A DNA stretch of 64,000 bases, taken from the NCBI GenBank assembly GCA_012103605.1, contig WLWL01000001.1, positions 37,216 to 101,215 of the forward strand, in the 5' to 3' direction. Positions 17,568 through 27,369 of the stretch are shown here, piece after piece. The position numbers and the translations under genes are program-made. The stretch's first letter is position 1. Each line of letters begins with the position of its first letter. The notes under the pieces were generated by a model that did not search any database, was not told the origin of the DNA, and saw only the letters and a list, made by a program, of their open reading frames with translations. Source of the DNA: Candidatus Nanopelagicales bacterium (GTDB lineage: Bacteria > Actinomycetota > Actinomycetes > S36-B12).

Positions 17568-18176
17568 GTGAAGCGGAGCGAGGAGGACGACGTGACCGGT
17601 AGGCAGATGCCCGCGGAGACAGCGGACAGTGCTTCACACCAGGGGGCTCTGTTCGACGACGCGCAATTGCGACCCTTACCGGCAGACGCCGGTTACCGGG
17701 GCCCCGTGGCGTGTGCGGCGGCCGGTATTACCTATCGACAGTTGGACTACTGGGCGCGTACGGGCTTGGTGGCCCCAACGGTCAGGGGAGCGGCAGGTTC
17801 CGGCACCCAGCGCTTGTACAGCTTCCGCGACATCTTGATCCTTCGCATCGTGAAGCGACTTATCGATACGGGTGTCTCCTTGCAAAACATTCGTGGCGCA
17901 GTAGACCATCTCGCTGCGCGGCAAGGGGAGGACCTTGCACGTATCACCTTGATGAGCGACGGCGCGAGCATTTATGAGTGCCGCAGTGCCGATGAAGTGG
18001 TCGATCTCGTCCGCGGAGGCCAGGGCGTGTTCGGAATCGCCGTGGGCAGCGTGTGGCGGGAGGTGGAGGGAACCCTGGCGACCCTCCCGGCCGAAGACCC
18101 CGACGGGCAGGACATTGCCCCGGGCGGTGTGACCGACGAATTGGCGCAACGCCGCGCCCAACGGGCCGCCGGCTGA
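17568..18176 (+). CDS. MerR family transcriptional regulator (Rv1830-like)
   Basis: HTH: AAAGITYRQLDYWARTGLV...RLYSFRDILILRIVKRLIDTGVSLQNI. The start is uncertain: GTG 17568 or ATG 17607. Confidence 0.7.
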   Translation: MKRSEEDDVTGRQMPAETADSASHQGALFDDAQLRPLPADAGYRGPVACAAAGITYRQLDYWARTGLVAPTVRGAAGSGTQRLYSFRDILILRIVKRLIDTGVSLQNIRGAVDHLAARQGEDLARITLMSDGASIYECRSADEVVDLVRGGQGVFGIAVGSVWREVEGTLATLPAEDPDGQDIAPGGVTDELAQRRAQRAAG

Positions 18177-18212
18177 GTTTTCGTCGGCTATGCTGGCGTA
18201 GCCGATAACCCC

Positions 18213-18400
18213 GTGCGGGAGAGAGTCGCTGCACCGCCAGTGCAGAGGCCGCCGAAGGAGCAAGCGCCCCGTCAAACTCTCAGGCACAGGTACCGCATGG
18301 GTAGGCGCCTCTGGAAAAGGGATGCGTCCCTACCGACGGTGCAAGCCGCATTCGGGTGCGGTGAAGCTCTCAGGTCACGCTCTGCGTGGTCAACAGAGGG
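18213..18400 (+). promoter_or_regulatory. tandem glycine riboswitch (two aptamers) in the gcvP leader
   Basis: Aptamer 1 reads GCGGGAGAG...CCGCCGAAGGAGCAA...CTCTCAGGCACAGGTACCGC. Aptamer 2 reads CTCTGGAAAAGG...CCGACGGTGCAA...GCTCTCAGGTCA...CAGAGG. It ends about 45 nt before the gcvP ATG. Confidence 0.8.
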
Positions 18401-18443
18401 GGAGCAGTAGCAATGCTGTTCGCCCTCGACCTTGGAGAGTTTC

Positions 18444-21281
18444 ATGGATTTCGGAGCCCGCCACATAGGACCGGATCACGCTGACCGCTTGGTCATGCTG
18501 AGATCGCTCGGATATTCCGACCTGGAGACGTTCGTTAAGGCCGTTGTACCGGCCGGGATCGCAGACACCGGAGCCATGGGGGTGCCCGCGGCCGTCGGCG
18601 AGAGCCAGGCCTTGGCCGAACTGCACTCCCGTATGGCGGCCATGGAACTTCCCACGTCGATGATCGGCCTGGGCTACCACGGCACGGTGATCCCCGAAGC
18701 GATCAAGCGTGGAATCCTTCTGAACCCCGGTTGGTACACCGCCTACACGCCGTATCAGCCGGAGATCTCGCAGGGCCGACTGGAAGCTCTGTTGAACTTC
18801 CAAACCCTGGTGGAGGACCTCACCGGTTTGGCAGTGGCGGGGGCGTCGCTGCTGGATGAGGCGACCGCGGTAGCCGAAGCGGTGGCGATCGCTGTGAAGC
18901 ATGGGCCCCGGGGCGTCCAACGCGTTGCCATCGATGAGGGACTACATCCGCAGGTGCGGGCCGTCGTTGAGACGCGGGCAGAACCGGTGGGTATCGAGAT
19001 TGTCGAGTTCGATCCCGCGCAAGGTCTGGTCGAGGGCGAACTGTCGGGCGTCGTGCTGGCGTATCCGACCTCCGCCGGGCAGATCGTCGACCCGCGCGCG
19101 GTGCTGTCGGAGGCGAAGGATCGGGGAGCACTCGTGGTGATGGATGCGGATCCACTGGCCCTGACGCTGCTGCGCTCACCCGGGGCGCTCGGTGCAGACA
19201 TTGCTGTCGGATCAATGCAGCGATATGGCGTCCCGATGGCCTTCGGTGGCCCACACGCCGGCTACATCGCGGTGCGATCGGGCCTGGAGCGTTCACTGCC
19301 GGGCCGATTGGTGGGGGTCAGCGTGGACGCGGACGGCCGGCCGGCGTATCGCTTGGCCTTGCAAACGCGCGAACAGCACATCCGCCGGGAGAAGGCGACC
19401 AGCAACATTTGCACAGCGCAGGTCCTGCTTGCGGTGCTTGCCAGCATGTATGCGGTGTACCACGGGCCCGAGGGGCTGCGGGATATCGCTCGGCGCGTGA
19501 ACCACCTGGCCGAAAGGTTCCGCTGCGGGGCTCTGGACGGCGGCCTGTCTCCGCAGGAAGGCCTGATCTTCGACACAGTGGCGCTGAACGTACCTGGCGC
19601 CGCACAGAAGTTCGCCGACACGGCGGGCACTGCTGGAATCAACGTACGGGTGGTCGATGCAGACACCGTCAGCGTCACCGTGGATGAAACAACAACAGAA
19701 GACCAGGCCCACGCACTCGCCGAGGCGTGGGGGTTCGAGCTGGTCGATGTTGCGGACACCGAGCGCCTGGGCGAACTGACCCGCGAGGACGAACTGCTCC
19801 CGTACCCGGTCTTCCACCGGTATCGCTCGGAGACATCGCTCATGCGCTACATGCGCTCACTGGCCGACAAGGATCTTGCGCTGGACCGGACGATGATCCC
19901 GTTGGGCTCGTGCACGATGAAGCTCAATGCCGCAGCGGAGATGGCGCCGATCACCTGGCCAGAATTCGCGAACGCTCATCCGTTCGCACCGGCCGAGCAG
20001 GTCCAGCCGTATGTGGAGATGATCACCGAGTTGGAAGCATGGCTCGCTGGAATCACGGGATACGACGAAGTCTCCGTTCAGCCGAACGCTGGATCTCAAG
20101 GCGAGTTCGCGGGCCTGATGGCCATTCGGGCGTATCACCGCGCCAACGGTGACCCTCAGCGCACCGTGTGCTTGATTCCCAGCAGCGCGCATGGCACCAA
20201 CGCAGCCAGCGCTGTCATGGCGGGTATGCAGGTCGTCGTCGTTGCGTGCGATGAGTCCGGTGACGTCGACCTGGCGGACCTCGAGTCAAAGATCACCGAG
20301 CATCGGGAGAATCTGGCCGCGCTGATGATCACGTATCCCTCCACCCACGGCGTCTTCGAAGAAGCGGTGGGGGAGATCTGCGCGCGAGTTCATGAGGCTG
20401 GCGGCCAGGTGTATGTCGACGGTGCCAACCTGAACGCGTTGGTGGGTTTGGCGAAACCGGGTGCCTTTGGTGCGGATGTTTCGCACCTCAACCTGCACAA
20501 GACGTTCGCCATTCCGCATGGCGGTGGGGGCCCTGGAGTAGGGCCTATCGGGGTGCGAGCGCACCTCGCACCATTCCTTCCCAGCCATCCTCTGCGACCG
20601 GACGCAGGTCCGGCTGGTCGGGGATATCCGGACGGGGGAATGGGGCCCGTCAGTGGTGCTCCGTGGGGGAGCGCCGGCATTCTTCCGATCCCGTGGATGT
20701 ACATCCGCATGATGGGCGAGGAGGGACTGCGCGAGGCCACCAGTGTGGCAATCCTGTCGGCCAACTACATCGCTCATCGTCTCGGAGAGCACTACCCAAT
20801 CTTGTATACGGCAGCGAATGGCACTGTCGCTCACGAGTGCATTGTGGATATTCGACCGGTGACCGCGGAGAGTGGCATCAGTGTGGACGACATCGCGAAG
20901 CGCTTGATGGACTACGGCTTCCACGCTCCCACCATGTCCTTCCCGGTGGCGGGCACCCTGATGATTGAGCCGACGGAAAGCGAGAACGTTGAGGAGATCG
21001 ACCGGTTCTGTGACGCGATGATCGCCATTAAGGGTGAGATCGATGCGGTTCGGACAGGGGAGTGGCCGGCAGATGACAATCCCTTGGTCCATGCTCCGCA
21101 CACGGCCGATTGCCTGATTGGCGAATGGCAGCACGCGTACCCGGCTCGGATGGCAGCGTTTCCTGTCAGCGGCATGGAAGCCGGCAAATACTGGCCGCCC
21201 GTGCGACGCATCGACGGTGCGTACGGTGATCGCAATCTCGTCTGTTCATGTCCTCGCCCGGAAGAACTAGTCACATCCTGA
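18444..21281 (+). CDS. gcvP: glycine dehydrogenase (decarboxylating), P protein
   Basis: About 945-aa single-chain GcvP. ATG 18444 lies behind a GGAGAG RBS. Conserved [18 protein letters not shown] and [18 protein letters not shown] (PLP lysine) motifs are present. Confidence 0.9.
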   Translation: MDFGARHIGPDHADRLVMLRSLGYSDLETFVKAVVPAGIADTGAMGVPAAVGESQALAELHSRMAAMELPTSMIGLGYHGTVIPEAIKRGILLNPGWYTAYTPYQPEISQGRLEALLNFQTLVEDLTGLAVAGASLLDEATAVAEAVAIAVKHGPRGVQRVAIDEGLHPQVRAVVETRAEPVGIEIVEFDPAQGLVEGELSGVVLAYPTSAGQIVDPRAVLSEAKDRGALVVMDADPLALTLLRSPGALGADIAVGSMQRYGVPMAFGGPHAGYIAVRSGLERSLPGRLVGVSVDADGRPAYRLALQTREQHIRREKATSNICTAQVLLAVLASMYAVYHGPEGLRDIARRVNHLAERFRCGALDGGLSPQEGLIFDTVALNVPGAAQKFADTAGTAGINVRVVDADTVSVTVDETTTEDQAHALAEAWGFELVDVADTERLGELTREDELLPYPVFHRYRSETSLMRYMRSLADKDLALDRTMIPLGSCTMKLNAAAEMAPITWPEFANAHPFAPAEQVQPYVEMITELEAWLAGITGYDEVSVQPNAGSQGEFAGLMAIRAYHRANGDPQRTVCLIPSSAHGTNAASAVMAGMQVVVVACDESGDVDLADLESKITEHRENLAALMITYPSTHGVFEEAVGEICARVHEAGGQVYVDGANLNALVGLAKPGAFGADVSHLNLHKTFAIPHGGGGPGVGPIGVRAHLAPFLPSHPLRPDAGPAGRGYPDGGMGPVSGAPWGSAGILPIPWMYIRMMGEEGLREATSVAILSANYIAHRLGEHYPILYTAANGTVAHECIVDIRPVTAESGISVDDIAKRLMDYGFHAPTMSFPVAGTLMIEPTESENVEEIDRFCDAMIAIKGEIDAVRTGEWPADDNPLVHAPHTADCLIGEWQHAYPARMAAFPVSGMEAGKYWPPVRRIDGAYGDRNLVCSCPRPEELVTS

Positions 21282-21773
21282 ATCTGGTCGACATAGCCGA
21301 AGAACTATGCACTCATCTGCGCCGAAGGTGCGTGGGCCAATGACCTCGAACCCGAGGTGTTGATAGAACGAGATAGCGCCTTCGTTCTCCGCGAGCGGAT
21401 CGATGAGAATCGTATGGGCGCTGTGCACGTGAAAACACAGGTCAATGGCGTGCAACATCATCACGGTGCCGTACCCCTTACGGAGTTGCGCGGCATCGGC
21501 AATCCAGATGTCAATCGCATAGGTGCCGGGGGAGACCTCACCCCAATATCCAGACGGATCTGCGGCCGCGTCGAGAACAACGACCACACCCATCGGCGAC
21601 GAGGTTGCGCTCAGGTCGCTGATCCACACTTCTTGCCAGGACGCCTCAACTTCGCGCGGCCAGTCCCACGGCTGGTCAGTTCCGAGATTCGGCAGAACGT
21701 GCGGAGCCTTCGACATCACGTCGAGCAGTTCGACGTCATCCCTCGAGGCACGTCGAAACGTCAGCTCCTTCAC
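21267..21773 (-). CDS. GNAT family N-acetyltransferase (Acetyltransf_8 / AAC(6')-Ib-like subfamily)
   Basis: The core [28 protein letters not shown]...[23 protein letters not shown] resembles the AAC(6')-Ib/IucB-type GNAT core. Its 3' end overlaps the gcvP 3' end by 15 nt. Confidence 0.7.
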   Translation of the reverse strand: MKELTFRRASRDDVELLDVMSKAPHVLPNLGTDQPWDWPREVEASWQEVWISDLSATSSPMGVVVVLDAAADPSGYWGEVSPGTYAIDIWIADAAQLRKGYGTVMMLHAIDLCFHVHSAHTILIDPLAENEGAISFYQHLGFEVIGPRTFGADECIVLRLCRPDSGCD

Positions 21774-21931
21774 GAACGAAACCTTTCACGACACTCTTGG
21801 GCGATCTCGCACCAACGCCCTCTGGGTGGCTGTTGCGGACACGAGGGCGAAGCGACTCATAGGGGAGCCCACCTAGACGTCATCATGCTCAACCCGCTGC
21901 CTGGTCCCATTCACAACGGAAACAAACCGAC

Positions 21932-21945
21932 ATAATGTGCATTAT
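21932..21945. promoter_or_regulatory. AT-rich 14-bp palindrome ATAATG-TG-CATTAT; candidate operator in the GNAT/argG divergent intergenic region
   Basis: Perfect 6+6 inverted repeat inside the only markedly AT-rich patch of the 300-bp intergenic region. It lies about 130 nt upstream of the argG start. The binding factor is unknown. Confidence 0.25.
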
Positions 21946-22048
21946 CGGGGTACTACATGGGGAAAGCCGTCCCGGCGGCACAGGATTCCCCTGAACCCAC
22001 GATGTTCAACTACGGCTCTGACCGGGCGGCGTTCCACACGTGGTGTGA

Positions 22049-23512
<1,464 letters not shown>

Positions 23513-23535
23513 TCGGTGCATGAAATACTGCAGTC

Positions 23536-23823
23536 ATGACCACCTCTCCCCCGGAGCCGAATGGCGATGAGTTCCCCGATGTGCCCGACTTCATTGATGA
23601 GCACGAGTTTTTGACGGCGGCCCCTAAGGAGGGCACGGCAGATGAGCGGGCGGCTCAGGCGGCTCGAATCGCGCAGGGCAACGACAAGCTGCGCCAAGCA
23701 GGCGAAATCTCTGACGGTTCCGGCAAGCCCGCGTACCGCCGCTCGGGAAAGGTCGTTCCGTGGATCGGGATCGGCACCGCGATCGCCGTCCTGGTTGTTG
23801 TAGTCGTATTACTCGCGCGGTAA
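23536..23823 (+). CDS. hypothetical small tail-anchored membrane protein
   Basis: 95-aa ORF with an acidic N-terminal half and a single C-terminal TM (VVPWIGIGTAIAVLVVVVVLLAR). No recognisable family. Coding status is plausible from codon bias only. Confidence 0.4.
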   Translation: MTTSPPEPNGDEFPDVPDFIDEHEFLTAAPKEGTADERAAQAARIAQGNDKLRQAGEISDGSGKPAYRRSGKVVPWIGIGTAIAVLVVVVVLLAR

Positions 23824-23926
23824 ATCACCGCTCATTGCGCTATCCGCTGCGTCACACCGCCCAGCGCGAGGCCTCGCGAAGGATCGGTGGCGCGTAGCTG
23901 ACGCGCTCACGTAACGAGTGTGCCGG

Positions 23927-24286
23927 CTAGGCCGACCGAGGAAGTTCTTCCTCTTCGCGCGACGCCCGCAGTAGCGCCAAACGCTCCTCGAGCAGCTCTT
24001 CAAGGTCCGCCCGGGTACGTCGTTCCATCAACATGTCCCAGTGCGTCCGGGCCGGCTTCACCTGTTTGGGCGGCTCCGGAGCAATCTCGTCGGCGATCGC
24101 TGTCGCCCCACACCTGCAAGTCCATTCGCGCTGGATCTCGTCCGCATCCACGAAATAGGGCACGTTCGACACGTGACCCTCGGGGCAGACATAACGCACG
24201 ACTCTGCGCTCTGCTCGTTGCACGTGATCGTCTCGCTCGAGGCTCAAAGTCCCCAGCCGCGTCCCCTTCATCGACGTCTCGCCCAT
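23927..24286 (-). CDS. rbpA: RNA polymerase-binding protein RbpA
   Basis: 119 aa from ATG 24286, behind a GGGGAGG RBS. The RYVCPEGH...WTCRCG zinc-motif core and the basic linker plus sigma-interaction helix (ARTHWDMLMERR) are present. The track ORF is over-extended to 24760. Confidence 0.85.
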   Translation of the reverse strand: MGETSMKGTRLGTLSLERDDHVQRAERRVVRYVCPEGHVSNVPYFVDADEIQREWTCRCGATAIADEIAPEPPKQVKPARTHWDMLMERRTRADLEELLEERLALLRASREEEELPRSA

Positions 24287-24387
24287 AGCTACCTCCCCAA
24301 GTCTTTCCCCACGCCCGTGTGGTGGGTTGTCATTTGGACGCTCGAAACCGCCGGAGGGTTCCCGCACTTGCGTGCCAGAAATCCGCA

Positions 24388-24418
24388 GGGAGGCAGGGGC
24401 AGGACGCCCTGACCTCCC
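24388..24418 (-). terminator. GC-rich hairpin between fxsA and rbpA (fxsA terminator or rbpA 5'-UTR structure)
   Basis: On the minus strand GGGAGG-tcagggcgtcctgcccctg-CCTCCC forms a 6-bp outer stem with additional inner pairing. It is followed by a weak U tract (GGAUUUCU). Confidence 0.35.
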
Positions 24419-24453
24419 ACCACGGGGAGTCAACCGCCCCGAAAAGCCCCTGA

Positions 24454-24478
24454 AACGCACCCAGACGGGTTCTATTCC
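24454..24478 (-). promoter_or_regulatory. candidate SigR/SigH-type ECF promoter motif (GGAAT-N17-GTT) upstream of rbpA
   Basis: The minus strand reads GGGGGAATagaacccgtctgggtgcGTTtc, overlapping the fxsA stop codon. rbpA is a SigR target in Streptomyces. The spacing is one nt off the consensus as I recall it. Confidence 0.25.
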
Positions 24479-25002
24479 CCCATGGTCGTGGGTGGCTGAG
24501 GATCGTCCTTGGGACTGTTGCGGCCTTCTGAGCTGTCCGGAAGGCGAGGAATATCGGGAAAGTCGGAAAAGTTGGAATCTTCGACCGTCACCACTGTGCC
24601 CTGAACCACGGTGCCTGAGGACGGGAAACCGGGCATTCGGTCCACCCACGCAAAGGAGTCGAAACCGCGGGTCATTCTGCGCATAGCCCACCGACGGATG
24701 GACGGCACAAGCAGCACCAGGCCGACAAGATCCGATCCGTAGCCCGGCACCAGGAGGCACAGCCCCGCCAAGAAAAGCCCCGCACCAGAACCCACCCGCT
24801 CCAACGCACGCTCAGGATCTGACTCTTGCAACACAACTCGGGCGCCCGCACTCGCGTTGCGCATCACCGCAATGCCGATGGGAATACTCAGAAGGATCCC
24901 CATGAGAGCCCACCCCCAGCCGATGATGGTCGCGATTAACCACAGGAGCAGAAATTCCCCCAGCGGGTAACCGAAAACGATCAGGCGAGTTCTGAAACGC
25001 AT
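24472..25002 (-). CDS. fxsA: FxsA family membrane protein
   Basis: Start at the ATG of MRFRTRLIVFGYPLGEFLLLWLI. The N-terminal TM pair is typical of FxsA, and the C-terminal tail is disordered. Confidence 0.75.
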   Translation of the reverse strand: MRFRTRLIVFGYPLGEFLLLWLIATIIGWGWALMGILLSIPIGIAVMRNASAGARVVLQESDPERALERVGSGAGLFLAGLCLLVPGYGSDLVGLVLLVPSIRRWAMRRMTRGFDSFAWVDRMPGFPSSGTVVQGTVVTVEDSNFSDFPDIPRLPDSSEGRNSPKDDPQPPTTMGE

Positions 25003-25007
25003 GACAA

Positions 25008-25784
25008 CTACGACCCGTCTCCACCGCGCAGCCGTCGGCGAACGCTGGTGACCCGGGACTGCACTCCCCATTCGGTAACCCGCCACAAGGCTTCCACAAC
25101 AATGGCTCTACTCATCTTGCTGGTCCCGGCGGCACGCTCCACGAACGTGATGGGAACCTCTTTCACGATGAAGCCACGTTGCACCGCTCGCCATGCAAGG
25201 TCCACCTGGAAGCAGTAACCCTGAGACGCGACACTCGCCAGATCGATGCCCCGAAGTGTGTGCGCGCGGAAGACCCGGTAACCGCCCGTCGCATCGTGCA
25301 AAGGAATGCCCAGCATCACTCGGGCGTAAGTGTTGCCGCCCTTGGACAGGACCTCCCGGCCCTTCGACCAATTCTGCGTTCCACCACCGGCTATCCACCG
25401 CGAGCCCAACACGAGGTCGGCGTCCACCAACGCGTCAAGAAGGCGGTGCAGCTGCTCGGGTTGGTGAGACCCATCGGCATCCATTTCGACGAGAACCTCG
25501 AATTCGCGCTCGAGTCCCCAGGTGAACCCTGCGATGTATGCCGCTCCGAGACCAGCTTTGGCCGTTCGATGCATGACGTGAATGTGATCATCCGCGGCCG
25601 CCAGCGAGTCAGCGATCGCTCCCGTCCCGTCGGGCGAATTATCGTCGGCGATCAGGATGTGTGCGAAGGGGACGCTCGCTCGAATACGTGCCGTGATCTG
25701 CGGTAAGGACTCTCGTTCGTTGTACGTCGGGACGATGACGAGAACGCGCCCGAGATCATCCGATGTGTCGGAGGATTCGGGCAC
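25008..25784 (-). CDS. ppm1: polyprenol monophosphomannose synthase (GT2, Ppm1 catalytic domain)
   Basis: [22 protein letters not shown] and VEMDADGSH motifs. It is located downstream of lnt, as in the mycobacterial ppm1 locus. Confidence 0.85.
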   Translation of the reverse strand: MPESSDTSDDLGRVLVIVPTYNERESLPQITARIRASVPFAHILIADDNSPDGTGAIADSLAAADDHIHVMHRTAKAGLGAAYIAGFTWGLEREFEVLVEMDADGSHQPEQLHRLLDALVDADLVLGSRWIAGGGTQNWSKGREVLSKGGNTYARVMLGIPLHDATGGYRVFRAHTLRGIDLASVASQGYCFQVDLAWRAVQRGFIVKEVPITFVERAAGTSKMSRAIVVEALWRVTEWGVQSRVTSVRRRLRGGDGS

Positions 25785-25833
25785 TCCCCCAGCGTAACGC
25801 CTCCACCGGACACACAGACATCACCAGAACGCG

Positions 25834-27369
25834 CTAGGAACCGACGGAACTGCGTTCCAACGCGGTACGGCGTCGACGCACATAGACACCGAGGCCCACG
25901 CCGATGAGAAGTGCGGCACCGGCAGCAATTTCCGGCACGACACCGAGCATGGACGCGGGAGTCCGACTGGTACTCAGCGGCACTTCGGACACCAGGTATC
26001 CGGTCTGACCTTCGCCAAGTTGCCGTTGCACCGTCCCATCGGGTGCGATGAATCCGCTAATGCCGGTGGTGGAGGCGACGACTACGGCTCTTCCTGTATT
26101 GAGTGCCCTGAGCCTCTCGATATCCCATTGCTGGACTGGCTGTCCGGTGCCCTGATAGGTGGCGTTGTTGGTTTGCACGGTGATCACTTCTGCGCCCCCG
26201 GCGATCACCGAGGTGAAGACGTCGTCGTAAGCGACCTCGAAGCAGATTGCGTCGCCCACCACCACTCCCCCGATAGTCAACACTCCCGGCTCGGTGCCTC
26301 GCACAAAGTCCCGCGGCACACGGTCAAAGCGTCCTATGAAGGGCGTCAGCTGGTCGCGGAACGGGAGAAACTCCCCGAAGGGCACGGGGTGCATCTTGAC
26401 GTAGCGTTCGCCGGGTCCGGATACGGGATCCCACACGATTCCGGCATTCTCGACTTTGGTCGGATCCTCGGTGGAAAGCACCGCACCCACAAGCACCGGT
26501 GCGCCAATCGCCTGAACTGCGTCGTCAATCAGCGCTGCGGCCGATGGATCGCGAAACGGATCAATATCGGAGCCATTCTCTGGCCAAACAACGAAATCCG
26601 GTTGCGGCTCGGTGCCAGCATCGACGGCAGCCGCGAGTCTCAGCGTTTGATCTACATGGTTGAGCAGGACTACTCGATCTTCCGACATGGCGTCCATGCC
26701 CGTTCCGGGGGTTCCCCCCTGCACGACGGCCACCGTCGCTGTGGACCCTTCTCCGCCCACAGTCAAAGGGCGCGGGATCACGATGATCGCGATGATGACC
26801 ACCGCCGAGAGCAGCGCAACGGGGAGAACGCGGCGACGTCGGATCCCCTCGACGGTGAGTACCGCGAGTGCCACGATCAGAAAGGTCACGCCTGCCATTC
26901 CCGCAATCCCGGTGAGCGCACCCACCGGCGAGTTGCCTTGCGAGAAGGCAATCTCTCCCCACGGAAAACCACCCAGAGGAACTCGGCCGCGCAGCGCTTC
27001 CATGACGACCCACGCCGACGGGATCCACAGCACCGAACCGCGTAGCCGACTCAGCGGCGCCACCAGCGCCCCAAGAGCGGCGTTCCACAAGGCGCAGTAG
27101 GCGGCGAGCAAGATCCACGCGTCGATGCCGATGACCGTCATCCACGCCAGCAGGACAAAAAAGAAGGTGAGACCGTAGACGAAACCCGTCAGCGCACCGC
27201 GTCTGATTCGTGCTCGCCATTGCACTGCGAGTACACCCAGGACGCCCACAAAGGCCAGCGGCCACCAGCCGATGGGAGCGAACGCAACAGCGGTGACGAC
27301 GCCGGAGACCGCAGCGATCGCAACAGCGGCGACAACTCCGAGTCGCGTGCGGGAATCTGGATCAACCAT
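25834..27369 (-). CDS. lnt: apolipoprotein N-acyltransferase
   Basis: An N-terminal multi-TM domain is followed by a C-N hydrolase domain with WPE, K and ICFE (catalytic Cys) motifs. ATG 27369 makes an 8-nt overlap (ATGGTTGA) with the upstream gene stop. Confidence 0.8.
   Translation of the reverse strand: MVDPDSRTRLGVVAAVAIAAVSGVVTAVAFAPIGWWPLAFVGVLGVLAVQWRARIRRGALTGFVYGLTFFFVLLAWMTVIGIDAWILLAAYCALWNAALGALVAPLSRLRGSVLWIPSAWVVMEALRGRVPLGGFPWGEIAFSQGNSPVGALTGIAGMAGVTFLIVALAVLTVEGIRRRRVLPVALLSAVVIIAIIVIPRPLTVGGEGSTATVAVVQGGTPGTGMDAMSEDRVVLLNHVDQTLRLAAAVDAGTEPQPDFVVWPENGSDIDPFRDPSAAALIDDAVQAIGAPVLVGAVLSTEDPTKVENAGIVWDPVSGPGERYVKMHPVPFGEFLPFRDQLTPFIGRFDRVPRDFVRGTEPGVLTIGGVVVGDAICFEVAYDDVFTSVIAGGAEVITVQTNNATYQGTGQPVQQWDIERLRALNTGRAVVVASTTGISGFIAPDGTVQRQLGEGQTGYLVSEVPLSTSRTPASMLGVVPEIAAGAALLIGVGLGVYVRRRRTALERSSVGS

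Noticed and set aside
23865-23878. 14-nt perfect palindrome CGCGAGGCCTCGCG between the convergent small ORF and rbpA.
   Set aside because: It could be a weak bidirectional terminator. However, the stem is only about 5 bp once a loop is allowed, which is too marginal to annotate.
24287-24760. Upstream extension of the rbpA ORF (277 aa in the track), overlapping fxsA.
   Set aside because: RbpA is about 110-120 aa. ATG 24286 has a GGGGAGG RBS. The extension is Pro/Arg/Gly-rich and runs through the 3' end of fxsA in another frame.
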